Shown piece after piece: positions 38,646 to 52,864 of a stretch of 64,000 nucleotides of DNA (position 1 is the stretch's first letter; every line of letters starts with the position of its first letter). The stretch spans positions 355,632,001 through 355,696,000 of the forward strand of contig OZ024743.1 of the NCBI GenBank assembly GCA_964016885.1, written 5' to 3'. The notes beneath the pieces were generated by a model. The model saw only the letters and a list, made by a program, of their open reading frames with translations, was not told where the DNA came from and did no database searches. The DNA is from Eledone cirrhosa (lineage: Eukaryota). A program made the translations under genes and the position numbers.

Positions 38646-39348
38646 TATTTAAATTTAGATTTTAATTTAAAAATTTTAAAAATTTAAATTTTAATTTTAT
38701 TTATTTATTTAATTTTTATTTATTAATTTTTATTTATTTATTTCTTTATTTATTTATTTAATTACATTTAATTACATTTAATTATACATATAATTATAAT
38801 TACACATTTGATTTTAATTTTAATTTAGTCTATGTTATTTGATTTTAGTTTACCTTATTTTATCTTATTTTACGATTATACTATATTATGTTCTATGTAT
38901 ATAATTTTTAATTTTTAATTGTATATTATTTTATCTCATTCCTTACCCTATATTTTATATTTTATATGTAAGTTTGTTATGTATTTCTATGTATTTCTTT
39001 TTATATATATTATAAGTCTGTTTTTTTACCTATTTTTTACCTATTTTTTACCTACTCTTACCTAATCCCATTATCTTATCTACTCTTGTCTGTTCTCTTA
39101 TCCATGTGTCTACTCTTGTCTGTTCTCTTATCCATGTGTATGCTTGTATGTAACTATATGTTGACAGCACACCGCCCAACTGTGACAGATAGCACCCCTT
39201 ATTTTTATTTTTATTTTTATTTTTATTTTTATTTTTATTTTTACTTTTATTTTTATTTTTATTTTTATTCTTATCCTCTATCGTCTATTATTACCTTTCA
39301 TTCTTCAATGTCTTGGATTTGGTATTGCTTGTATGGTATGTAATTAAC

Positions 39349-39406
39349 CTTTATGCTCTGATGAGTCCCACTTATAGTGTGGATGAAACAATGTTAGCAA
39401 GTAAAG
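39349..39406 (+). ncRNA. Minimal type I hammerhead ribozyme in the PLE pLTR
   Basis: Stem I CTTTA-TGCT/AGCA-(AG)-TAAAG; CTGATGA at 39358; stem II GTCC-CAC/GTG-(T)-GGAT; GAAAC-AAT-GTT giving a GUU cleavage triplet and a near-palindromic stem III. Confidence 0.85.
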
Positions 39407-39612
39407 ATATGCATATGCTATAAGCGTTCTTTGTTATTTATTTATTATATTACGGCTCTGTCCTCAGACATTGAGCTAACCTCATACTGCCTGCTGGATA
39501 AGTGGAGTGTTATACACCCCTGATCCTTTCCCTAGCATACTATACGGCTCCCACTGGTTGAGCTTAAACTTTGATATACGCGGATTTGCGTCCTTGTATA
39601 TTATCAGGCAGT

Positions 39613-42104
39613 ATGCTAACAAAGACATACTTACCCATTTCCTTGAAGAATATTCCTACCCCCCTAAAATCTCGTATGAGAAATCATTGATAACTAGCAT
39701 AAACTCATTCGTAAAACGTGTTCGGTGGCGTGCGTTCCACTTTGATAGGAGGTATGATAGCCCTGAGGAGAGGCGTAGTTTTAATAATTATGGATTTAAG
39801 ACCTATAGGAGCCCCCCGCATAATAGCCTGTTGGATAACTTCGAAAGTGAGCTATTATCCCTTGTTAGGAATATTAGATATAAAAAATCTAGATGTACCA
39901 ATAAATTTCAGAGTAAACTAAGTTCAATCGTTAGGGACTTTAGGGATAATAAATCCATTCTGGTCCCCTCTGACAAAACTAAAAACTTATATAGTATGGA
40001 TTATAAAACCTATCGAGGCTTCATTTATAATGAACTACATAGGAACTACAAAAAAAAACAACGCAGAGTAATTTAGATAATATTAATCTGGAGGGGTATA
40101 ACATAGTGGTAAAATTAGGTCTGGATAAACACACTCAGCCTTATTACCCCAGGCAGCCTAGATTCACCCTCAAGGACCACAAGGAAGATTTTATTAGCAG
40201 ACCCTCGGTTAGGCTTATCTGCCCCTCCAAGTCTGACCTGGGGATTATTAGTAAGGGAATCTTGGATAGCGTTATTCCCCTGGTTAGTGAAAAAACTTTC
40301 CTTGAGCTTTGGGGTAACACTAGTGAGGTCATTACATGGTTCTCTACTGATTGTGGTCGTGACTCACTAAAATTCATCCAATTTGATATTGATGCTTATT
40401 ATACATCTATATCTCCTATTATCCTCAATAAGGCCCACATCCTAGCCATGCGGAGGGGGGCAATTACTAGGCCACAGATAGATATTGTTCTCGCTGCACG
40501 TAAAACCATTATCATGTTTGAGGATAATCTATGGACGAGAAAAAACACACCTGATAATTTTGACATCACTATGGGGTCGAGTGACTCTGCTCAAGTCACA
40601 GACTTGGTTGGACTATACCTCCTCAATGAACTGCATAGTAACTTCCCTTTCCTTAGGGGTGGGTTGTACCGAGATGACGCCCTACTCTCCATAGATACTA
40701 GTAAGTATAATATAGAGCGCATTAGGAAAAAGCTGCATAGCTTTTTTAAAACTTTTAACCTATCCATTACAATGGATGTAAATGATAGAACTGTGAACTT
40801 CCTAGATGTTACACTGGACTTGGATAACCATACGTACACACCGTACCATAAGCCCAATGAATTGCTGACTTACGTGAATACCTACTCCAACCACCCTAGG
40901 TCTGTCATCAGCGGTATACTGAAGGGCGTATCTAATAGAATAAGTTCACTCTCACATAGTGAGGAGGCGTTTGACTCGCAGGCTGATTACTATAACGACG
41001 CCTTAGCTAGATCCGGCTTTAGGGACAAATTTTATTACACCCAGGGAAATAATGGTCCTAATAGTAGCTCTACCAGTGTTGTTATAACACATAATATGTC
41101 CATTGGTAATCGAGGTGTCGCGAATGGGAGGGTTCTAAATGCCGGTGGAATGAAACAGCAGGGCACCATTAGTCTAAGTAATAACAATAGAGGTGTCGTG
41201 AACGGGAGGTTTCTAGATGCCGGTGGAATGAACCAGCAGGGCACCATTAGTCTAAGTAATAGCAATGGTGGGCCTCGCAGCTCCCCGCATAGACTAGGTG
41301 AGCATAGGAACCGTAGAAATAATAATGCTAATAATACTGATGGAAATAGAAAGAATAAAAAGAATAGAAGAAGATTGAATACATACTTCAACCCCCCTTT
41401 TAATTCTGAAGTGGCTACAAATATTCCTAGGGCCTTCTTCTCTGTGCTAGAACGGAACTTCCCTCCTGGTAATAGGTACCACTCTATCCTCAATAAGAAT
41501 GTTGTTAAACTTTCATATTCTACAACCCAAAATCTAGCCTCTCATCTGGTCATTACTAATAATAAGAAAATAAAGGAAGGCCTGGACAACCTAAGCCTAG
41601 GGGAAAACACGGTAGTGGATAGAGTGGGCAGTGACACTGGTGGTGATCTTTCTGAGAATAGCATCACCAGAGGTTGTAACTGTAGAAGGGCTTCGGGCTG
41701 CCCCCTGAATGGTTTCTGCCTTGTTAGAAACATAGTTTATGCGTGTGATGTGGTAACTACGGCGTCCACTATGACCTATATAGGATCAACTTCCACCCCC
41801 CTTTAAGACCAGGTTTAACTCTCATCAATGCACTTTTAGACATAATAAACTGAAGAACTCCACCTCCTTGGCAGCGTACGTCCATAATTTAAAAAATGCA
41901 CGAACACCTTACACACTTACTTGGCGGCAGGTTGCTAAATCCCATCCATATACTCCTCATAGTAGAGTATGCAACCTGTGCCTTGCCGAATCCCACTCTA
42001 TTATATTTGCTAAATGCCCTCTACTAAATAGAAAGTCTGAAATTTTTTCCTCTTGCCCCCACCGAATATTAAGCTCTTTTTTCTACTTTAAACCTGTTAG
42101 CTAG
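39613..42104 (+). pseudogene. PLE RT + C-terminal GIY-YIG ORF with frameshifts in homopolymer runs; possibly Hydra clade
   Basis: Same motifs as the minus copy, ending CNLCLAE..LLNRKSEIFSSCPHR. Frameshifts at C6 (39659), the A-run (~40050) and the C-run (~41796). The clade is inferred from GLYRDD and the CxCx5CPx4C linker, from memory. Confidence 0.88.
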
Positions 42105-44365
42105 CACGTCCTTATTCCTCCAGTTGGGCTGTCTTGTGTAACTGTCTCTGACTGAGTGTAACTGTCTCCTAATGTTGGTCGTCTATGTATACGAGTCTGT
42201 GAATGTATACGTATGCCTGTGGGAGGATATTGATCTTGATATTGGGGTGTGCAGGGGAGTGTATGTTAATAAGCACCCCTGTTTGGTACAGTGGATGTAA
42301 CCCATCCACGCTGGCCTACCCACCATTAGTGCATTGGTGGACCTATCCTGACGTATATCTTGTTGATCTGTACCTCTGTATGCGCATGAGTTGTGATGTA
42401 ATGTATTTATGTAAAGCGTGTACTGTGATTTAGGCTGCACTAGTAGAAATTTAGCCTGTAACTGTGGCGGACCCGTGCCATCTTGCCGTAAGCAGTGGAT
42501 ACGTGGCGCATATATGTGTTGCCCTCATATTCTGTGGTTCAAGATCTACAGGCTGACCTCTGGGAACTCTTACCCGGGGTTGTAGTCTTTCTAGCACGAT
42601 CGGCCTTCCTTATATTGACGGTCGTTTTTATGATCCCGAAAGTAACGTTTTGGCCCCGATGGCCCTCCGTAGTTACTAACGGTCTGTGTACACTCGAATC
42701 GGTCAATGGCACGTGCAGACATGAATATCTCCGTAGGATTTCAACTTTATTTTAATACATCTCATCGTATGTATTTGTTTTGAATATATCACCTGTGGTG
42801 GTGGGTCTGATCTAATGTGGTATTTCGGTGTTTAATATTTAATATTGTATTTAATATCGTATTTAATATCGGCTTTGACCCGGGTGTCCTACGCTGTGTG
42901 TGTGTGCGTGTGTGCCCGTGTATACATTTATATGTGTATGGGTGTAGGTGGTTATATGTGTCTGTGTGTATATATAAAAAAATATATATATATATATATG
43001 TATACCGTCTCTGCATGTGCATGTGGTGTGTATACGTGCATATACGTACTGAACATATTGATGTGTACAATCTTGTGATGTCCCAATGCGGTGACTTAAT
43101 GGCTCTTGAAGCTATCTTTTTATATTTTGTATGCGCTACAACTGTATCTGCTTGCTTTAACCTCACGCTTGCTAATGCATGTGAATTCTTCTACCTCCTT
43201 TGATGCACCTCTCTGACCATTTGACTCCTGCCCGTGTTGAACCGGTTTGTGATTACCCCACTGCTCGAGTGATACTGGTGACTGTGACACTTAGCGCCTT
43301 CGTGGGCCCCTGATGTTTTCAAGAAATATATTTTAAAAAAATTGGTGTGTGAGCCGGTTTGTGATTACCCCACCGCTCAACTGTGTGAATGCACACCCAT
43401 GACTTTCGAGTGAACTTTCGAGACTGCCCAACCTGGGACGCCTCCATTGCCTTGCAATGGTCAAGTGATACTGGTGACTGTGACACTTAGTGCCTTCGTG
43501 GGCCCCTGATGTTTTCAAGAAATGTATTTTGAAAAATTGGTCAAGTGATACACATAACTGTGACATTTAGTGCCTTCGTGGGCCCCTGATATATTCAAGA
43601 GATATATTTAAAAAATATATATATCTTATCTCAATTTACTTTATTTCATTTTATTTTATTTCATTTCATGTTATCTAATTTTATTTATTTACTTACTTGA
43701 CTCCATTTATTTATTTATTTATTTATATTTAAATTTAGATTTTAATTTTAAAATTTTAAAAATTTAAATTTAAATTTTATTTATTTATTTAATTTTTATT
43801 TATTTATTTCTTTATTTATTTATTTAATTACATTTAATTACATTTAATTATACATATAATTATAATTACACATTTGATTTTAATTTTAATTTAGTCTATG
43901 TTATTTGATTTTAGTTTACCTTATTTTATCTTATTTTACGATTATACTATATTATGTTCTATGTATATAATTTTTAATTTTTAATTGTATATTATTTTAT
44001 CTCATTCCTTACCCTATATTTTATATTTTATATGTAAGTTTGTTATGTATTTCTTTGTATTTCTTTTTATATATATTATAAGTCTGTTTTTTACCTATTT
44101 TTTACCTATTTTTTACCTACTCTTACCTAATCCCATTATCTTATCTACTCTTGTCTGTTCTCTTATCCATGTGTATGCTTGTATGTAACTATATGTTGAC
44201 AGCACACCGCCCAACTGTGACAGATAGCACCCCTTATTTTTATTTTTATTTTTATTTTTACTTTTATTTTTATTTTTATTTTTATTCTTATCCTCTATCG
44301 TCTATTATTACCTTTCATTCTTCAATGTCTTGGATTTGGTATTGCTTGTATGGTATGTAATTAAC

Positions 44366-44423
44366 CTTTATGCTCTGATGAGACCCACTTATAGTGTGGA
44401 TGAAACAATGTTAGCAAGTAAAG
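44366..44423 (+). ncRNA. Hammerhead ribozyme, downstream pLTR copy
   Basis: Same as 39349-39406 except stem II reads GACCC. Confidence 0.8.
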
Positions 44424-44883
44424 ATATGCATATGCTATAAGCGTTCTTTGTTATTTATTTATTATATTACGGCTCTGTCCTCAGACATTGAGCTAACCTC
44501 ATACTGCCTGCTGGATAAGTGGAGTGTTATACACCCCTGATCCTTTCCCTAGCATACTATATATATATATATATATATATATTACCGACCAATCAAAATT
44601 GTTTTGACCACAAGCATTTTTGCAACACAAAAATAACGCTGGAGCCATTTTTTTAACATAAAAACAGGTAGAATTCCCAAAACTAATCAGATCAGAGCAA
44701 ACAGCACGGACACTCTTTCTCAAAATTATTTTTGAAAAGCATTTAGAAATGCGCAACCGGTAAAAACTTAAAAACTTAAAACCACAACTGAATACTAACC
44801 CATACAATCACTAATACTCTTTTATTCCTAATTAAACCATTTTTCAACTGTGAACAATTTGTCAGCATTTTCTATTCCGTTTA

Positions 44884-44959
<76 letters not shown>

Positions 44960-45009
44960 TGCTACTGTACGTCTGTATACATATATGTATGTACGTATAC
45001 ACACATACT

Positions 45010-45062
<53 letters not shown>

Positions 45063-45236
45063 CAGGAAAGAAGATTGACATGGTTTGCTATACAAAAATG
45101 GTTTTTAATCTCATTGCTGACAATTGTTTCTCTGAACTGGTAGGTCTAGAGATCGCTATTCGCTTGTTTTCACGTTACTCGATCGCCAATACAAAATTAT
45201 AACCAGTCAGTTCTTCGGAGCATGCGAGAATGAAGA

Positions 45237-45274
<38 letters not shown>

Positions 45275-45319
45275 CTTTATTGTTCTGTGTCGTTTGCTTT
45301 ATCAGTTCTTTGCCATTTG

Positions 45320-45544
45320 CATATATATATGTAAGTATGTAAGTATTTAAGTATGTATGTATATATGTGTGTAAGTATGTAAGTATGTATATATGTATGT
45401 AAGTATGTATGTATGTATGTAGGTATGTATGTATATATGTATGTATGTCTGTCTGTCTCGCTGTATGTATATATGTATATATGTATGTATTGTATATACA
45501 TACACACACACACATATATATACATATATACATCTATACATATA

Positions 45545-45638
<94 letters not shown>

Positions 45639-46297
45639 TGTATAGATGTATATATGTATATATATGTGTGTGTGTATGTATATACATATATATATATATA
45701 TATACATATATACATACAGCGAGACAGACAGATATAGATACACATATACAAACATACTTATATACTTACATACATACATACTCACATACATACTTACATA
45801 CATATATAGATACATACATACATACTTACATACATACTTACATACATATATAGATGCATACATACATACTTACATACATATATACATACATACTTACATA
45901 CTTACATACATACATACATACTTACATACATATATAGATACATACATACATACATACTTACATACATATATAGATAAATACTTACATACTTACATACATA
46001 TATACATACTTACATACTTACATACATATATACATACATAGATACTTACATTCATATATAGATACATACATACATACTTACATACATATATAGATACATA
46101 CTTACATACTTACATACATATATACATACTTACATACTTACATACATATATACATACATAGATACTTACATTCATATATAGATACATACATACATACTTA
46201 CATACATATATAGATACATACTTACATACTTACATACATATATAGATACTTACATACTTACATACATATATACATACATACATACTTACATTCATAT
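45320..46297. repeat. Compound (TACA/TACT)n region with a fold-back and 120-bp higher-order units (46021-46260)
   Basis: Directly visible. Confidence 0.85.
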
Positions 46298-46379
46298 AAG
46301 ATTCTGGTTATATTTGTGTGTTTATTATAGGCCTGTCTTTGTGTATGTGTTATGTTTCTGCACCTATATGTATGTGTGC

Positions 46380-46504
<125 letters not shown>

Positions 46505-47339
46505 TATTCTGCTTTATTGCTCTTCCGTAATATTGATCTTTACGACAACATAAATATGTCGTTACTGATCATAATCTTTCTACCTGTTATCAGAATCAAC
46601 ATCATCATCATCATCATCATCACCATCATCATCACCATCATCACCAAAAACGCTACTATCATTAGCAGCAGCATCATCATCATCATCATTCTCATCATCC
46701 TCACCGTCATCATCTTTATCATCTTTTCCATAATCATTACCATAACTGCCACTATCAACATCACCTTTCACGTGGTTGCAAGAAATAATAGTCATATCCT
46801 CCTCAATTTGTCTTGAAAGGTGCCATTGCATGTATATTATTAACTACTCAGTGAATCGGATGGTCCCGTCGTCACATACGGCGTATTTTGGGTATTTACA
46901 CCTGGCAGAACCCATCCCTCACCAGGTGAGTAAGTTGTCGGTTCCTTCCAGAGAAAGGTGGGGGGGGGGAAGGATGAGAAAATGGACAAACTTAGAAATA
47001 GAGGAAGAATCGAACTTAGCACTGGACTGGTATTTTATTTATCGACCTTAAAAAGTTGACTTTCGCGGCGTTTGAACTCAGAGTGTAGAGAGTCGTATAC
47101 ACCAGGAAGCATTCTAATCGACGTTCTAATGACTCTACCAAATCACACCCCACTTTGTGAAAAAGGGAGAACACATTAAATAATATTGGCTTTAATACGC
47201 TGGAGAAATGTCTTAGGTGAAATGCCTTTGATAGGTGTGTGACAAGACATTATCCATCCTTCTATACGATTAATATATGTGACTACTTGCATTTTATTTT
47301 TCATTCAACCAACTTACATTGGAAGTTGTCTCCCTTTGC

Positions 47340-47760
47340 GGTTTCAGGTCACACGGTATTGATGTGGTAGCCGTCGACGATACCTGAATTTCTAGGATGC
47401 ACATGCATTTGAGCCAGCTTCGGTGACTCTAGATCATAATACTGCGGGATGGAATTATGACCTAAACTAGAGCCGGCTTTGAAGACAAGAGAATGCGGTG
47501 TATACAAAGCTGATGTGGGCATCTTCCTCGTCTTTGCCTTGGCCTGTGGTGGTGAAGGTAATAATGCCAAAATACTTGAATTGGTCGACGTTTTCCAGAG
47601 TCCTGCCATTGCGTACGTGGGGGCCCTTCCAGGAAGCGAGATGCCCACAGATTCTGTCTTTGTCGTGGATACAGTGATCTTCATGGCAAAGTCCATCTTG
47701 TACACACTTAGACATTTAATGTCTCATTGAACATCGACGTAGTCATGGCAGATTATGTTG
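47340..47760 (-). pseudogene. Decayed RTE-like RT fragment
   Basis: MKITVSTTKTE and VRNGRTLENVDQFKYFG in adjacent frames (cf. LEVVDQFKYLGS). Confidence 0.5.
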
Positions 47761-49936
47761 TTTCAGATTTGGATTGGTGATACCTTGTGGCAAACAGGGA
47801 CATGGATGACGTTACAAGCATGGGAGTCTGTTTCATCGTGAAATGGGCTGAGTAAGCTATGCCTAGTGAGTTGGAAAGAGGTAGCAACTTGTACATCACA
47901 CCCCTCGTATATTACTGCTTAACTTTCTTGCATTGTCCTAGCTCTCCTTTGAATATATTGCAGTGTTACTCTTTCGTTTCTTATGGAAATTATACGTTCC
48001 ACTAATTAGTCAGTTCCTCTGGCACTCACATAATTTCCCCGACTGATCATACGTCGACATTCGCTGAGACTATTGCATCTGCAAAGATTCCTAAATGATG
48101 GGCCGGTGCGGTTACCTTTTGTCAGTCACGTTTACTATATAGCATGTCTTTGGCGGTTCTGCAATCTTGGGTAACGAAAACCAAGATTGGACATCTGGTA
48201 TCTGGTATGTCAGGCAATGGGGCCCACCGTGTAGAAAGCTAACTTCTACGTTAGCTTTTTACATGGTGGGAAAGTGTGGCTCCATTCTTCGAGAAAGTCT
48301 TGACATCCATGAGAATCAACTAACTTATATATTTCAGAGGACTTTTGTCCGCATTCTAAAGATAACTTGCAGTAGTCTCTAGCTATACAGTGCACCCGAG
48401 TGACAGTCGTGTTTCTAACCAAAAGTTGGATACTCGGGAGAACTGTGAGTTGGCATATACAAGTAGTAGGAAAAGTGATAAAAACATTCTCCTTGCATTC
48501 ATTCAGTGTCTGAGAATTGTTGACATGTCAAGCAATCGTTATGTATAGAACGAATCTGGCTATCAAACGAGACTGTTATAAAGATCGACCTGTTATATAC
48601 TTTTGAGCGAAAGTGACAGGTTATTTACTTTGTTTTGGTCGTTAAAGTGAAAGTTATTTTATGCCAACAGTTCAGAAGACTAAAGACAAATACTTTCCTC
48701 TTCGGATAAGCCCTCATTGTCTTTATCTTATACCCCTTGAAGAGAAAGATAGGGGTAGAAAGCAAGGTACTGTTATCCAGTAAATATACTAAAAGGTGGG
48801 TGAATGTGGCAATAATGGTCCAAAGGAATGGGTTTACTTTAAGTGTGGGCACGTATAGGATGATTGTATTTATACTTCTTAGTCATAGTAATTCTACAGA
48901 ATGGGGTTCGTTGATTGGTCGTAAGGGATTTATACTCCTCGTTATTGGGAACCATTTTTCTTTTGTTACCCGATGTTGAACCTTCTTTTTAGTCGAATAC
49001 AAACCCCATTTTCGTATTCCATATGTGTACTTGTCTATGTGTATTATGGCTAACAAAGAAAAACTATTGCCGTGACTAAACAGCTTTTACGAGTTCTGTA
49101 AGTTATATACAAATTATCTCTTCCAACATTTTGTTTCATTGCGATGCCGAACCGGTTAGTACCCTAAAGAACTGGTCATTTTCTTTTGTTACTCGTCCTT
49201 TGGAGATAAATTTGGAGAAAAAAATTGTTCAATTGTCACGTTTCTTTTTCAAACCGTTACTTTCAAAGACTACGTTATTCTTGTAGGCCAGTCAGTAAAA
49301 GAGTGAAATGTGAGTGTTTTAGAGGGAAAAAAAGTTTCTCCCACTCCAAGCTTCTTCTTCCCCAGTCTACTAGCGGAGTAATCTTTACGATAGTTTAGCT
49401 TCGTCTTAACCAATTTTTGGACGAAACTGGTTATTCTGTGCGTATCTTCATACTAGTTCCTACCCATCCGGAGGTTCAGACCAAACCAGACCTTAAGCCA
49501 CTTAATCAGTTCATCTGTCCAGCTTCCAGGGCTATCTCATGCATGTCACTATACATTGAAGTCATTCAACCTCCTGAAAGATGATCAAAACCCACTGCCT
49601 TAAGAACAACCACTGAGTAGCAATAGCCGCCCCCATCAAAAGCATTCAATTGATCTATATTGATCAGAGCAATAATTTATTTTTTATAGGTACAAGGCAA
49701 AAAAAGAAGAGGGGGGGGGGGGTTACTAAGTGACTTGTAGAATGATTATCATAAGTAACGATCCTTGGAAGGGCCTATATTACAAATAACATAAATAAAT
49801 GAAAAGAAAGAATTGAAAGGTTTTTAATCACAATGGCGTGTATGTTTGCGTTTGTGTGTATGAGTGTGCACACGTATGCATATATGTTCATATACATATA
49901 TATGTGCGTGTATGTGTATATATATATATGTGCGTG

Positions 49937-49967
<31 letters not shown>

Positions 49968-50045
49968 ATATGTGTGTGTATGCGTGTATATATATAAATA
50001 TATATATACATATATATAAATATATATATACATATGTATGTATAC

Positions 50046-50107
<62 letters not shown>

Positions 50108-50637
50108 GTGTAGATACATACATACATACATACATACATACATACATACATACATACATACATACATACATACATACATACATACATACGCATGACACGT
50201 ACGAACATTTACGCATGTATTTATTTATGTATGTAGTAGGGTCTATAAAAAAACCCGGTCTCTTCTAATATCCAAAGGATATTACTTCCCTTTAAGATGT
50301 TAACGATATCGTTGAGAATACTTACGATTTCCTTTTTATTGCTTTTATATTTAGCAACTCTTATTTTCTCTTCGCTTTATATATATATTTCTTCATGTAC
50401 TTGTGTCTTTATTTATTCATCTATTTATTTATTGGCTTATTTTTTCGATTTTTTTTTCTTCTTTTTGTGTGCTTAAGTTGGGTTTTTTTCTCTCACTCTC
50501 TTGTGTTCTGTTGTTGTTGTATTTTTGTCACTTGTATTTTTTATTTTACTTTATTCCTATTTTCTTCCCTTCCTTCATAGTCCGTCGTTTCATATCGACT
50601 GTGGAAGTAGAAAAATACGAGAGACACAGAGAGAGAG

Positions 50638-50678
<41 letters not shown>

Positions 50679-50746
50679 AATCGATAGAGATGAAAAGTGG
50701 CGTTGGGGATTGTGATGGCGAAGACGAGGAACAGCAAAATATATTT

Positions 50747-50787
<41 letters not shown>

Positions 50788-50864
50788 TGTGTATGTCACA
50801 TTTTTTAATGAAAAAGTACCAGAAAATTATAAATACACAAAACATATATGTGTATACATACATA

Positions 50865-50916
<52 letters not shown>

Positions 50917-51369
50917 GTGTGCGTGTATGCACTGTATTATGTATGCATGTACGTATGTATTTATGTATGTATGTATGTAATAGAAATTACAACATATCTA
51001 TTATATGACAAAGGTTTAGTTGAGATGCTGGTAAGAGGGTGATGTAGGAAATGCTACAAAGAAACGAATGTTCTATTTAAGCTATAATTTTATACATATT
51101 TTTGTCTACTCTGACATATCCAGGACCCTGAATATATAATAACGAAATACTATAAACGTTGCTGCTGAATAAAACTATAAAAACAAATAAGTGTCCCTTG
51201 AACAATTATTTATTTTTTCTCTTCACATCACCCTACATACATTTAAGTATAATCATTTTACTATAGTTGTTAGATTATTATTATTGTTATTATTATTACT
51301 GTTGTTGTTATTATTATTTTTATTGATATTGACTTCATTGTTATTGATATTGTTGTTGTCGTTGCTGTT

Positions 51370-52816
51370 GTCGGCAGAATCGGCGGACAAAATGGTCTTC
51401 AGTGTTTAGTTACGGCACTTCATGTTCTGAGATCAAATCCCATTGCGGTCAACTTTGCTTTTTAACTTTTTGAGCTCAATAAATTAAAATACCAGTCAAA
51501 TGTTGGGGTTGATATAATTGATTTTCCCCTCCCTCAAAATCATTGGCCTTGTACCAATGTTAGAAATTATTATCTGAGTTCAAATCCCGCCGAGGTTAAC
51601 TTTGCCTTTCATCCTTATGGGGTCGATAAAATAAAGTACCAGTAATGTACTGGGATAATTGCTGGTCTTGTTCCAAAAGTAGAAATCATTATTATTATTT
51701 GTTAATGGCAGGGTGTTGGATTGGTAGTATCGGTAGGGGGTCGGATGACATGCTTTGCAGCATAGACTAACGCTCCTTTACGGTCTGAGTTCAAATCCCG
51801 CCGAGGTTAAATTTGCCTTTCATCCATACGGGGGTCGATAAAATAAAGCACCAGTAATGTACTGGGTTCGATTTAATAGACTTTCCTCTCCCCTTAAAAA
51901 ATTTGCTGGCCTTGTGCCTAGAGTAGAAACAATTATTTATTAATTGTTTCTACTTTTGGCACAAGGCCAGCAATTATCCCAGTGTATTACTGGTACTTTT
52001 TTATCGACCCCGTAACGATGAAAGGCAAAGTTAACCTCGGCAGGATTTGAACTCAGACCATAAAGGGCCGTAACTCTTTGTTGCAAATCATGGCGTCCGA
52101 CCCTCTACCGATACTGCCAATCCACCGCCCGTGGATTATTTATTAATGGTTTTCAAACACATATTAAGAGTTCTCTTTAGAATTAGCAATACCCTGATGA
52201 ACATGCATTGTAGAGCTGAAAGTTAACAATCAGTGCATTGGCTCAATCATTAAAGTCGAATAAAATGCCTTGTGGTGTTTAGTTGCCTCTCTTTACTTTC
52301 TGAGTTCAAACCTCATCGGAATCAAATTTGACTTTTATCCTTCTGGGGTGTCGATAAAATAAAGTACCAACCAAACACTGGTGTTGATATAACCGACTTT
52401 CTACTTCCGTCCAAATTGCTGGCCTTGTACTTATATTAAAAACCACTGTTGTTATTGTTGGTGTTGCTGCTGTTATTGTTGTTGTATTGTTTTGTGGTTT
52501 TTATTCATGTTTAGTCGTTGATACCATCATCATCAATATCATCAACACTATCATTATCATCATCATCATCATCATCATCGTCGCCATCGTCGTCGTCGTC
52601 GTCGTTGCCGATATAGCCAGAAATATTATTTTTATGAGTCCTTTTAATACTATTCTGTTTTTCATGCCTATTTTTGTTATTTTAATATTTTGTAATTGAT
52701 TCAGCGTAAACCTACACCATTTTGTGTACTTTCTCCTTTTATTATTCTCTTTATCCGTCGCCCTTGTGGAAAATAGGAGAATATACTCATCATCATTCTA
52801 TTTCTTCTTATTCTTC

Positions 52817-52864
<48 letters not shown>

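Larger units (their letters stand above)
37514..44560 (+). mobile_element. Penelope-like element with ~2-kb direct pseudo-LTRs (37514-39544 and 42610-44560)
   Basis: Direct repeats flank an RT-GIY-YIG ORF in the partial-tandem layout typical of PLEs. Each repeat contains a hammerhead. Right end abuts (TA)n. Confidence 0.93.

Noticed and set aside
39507-39612. ORF-track GTG start for the PLE protein
   Set aside because: It is a non-ATG start in a eukaryote, and the ATG at 39613 gives a more family-like N-terminus.
47760-49650. Possible old transposon coding remnant
   Set aside because: The sequence is complex, but no diagnostic motif could be read, so it is left uncalled.
52192-52235. CTGATGA...GAAAGTTAAC hammerhead-like motif
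   Set aside because: It lacks the U16.1/NUH site and pairable stems I and II.
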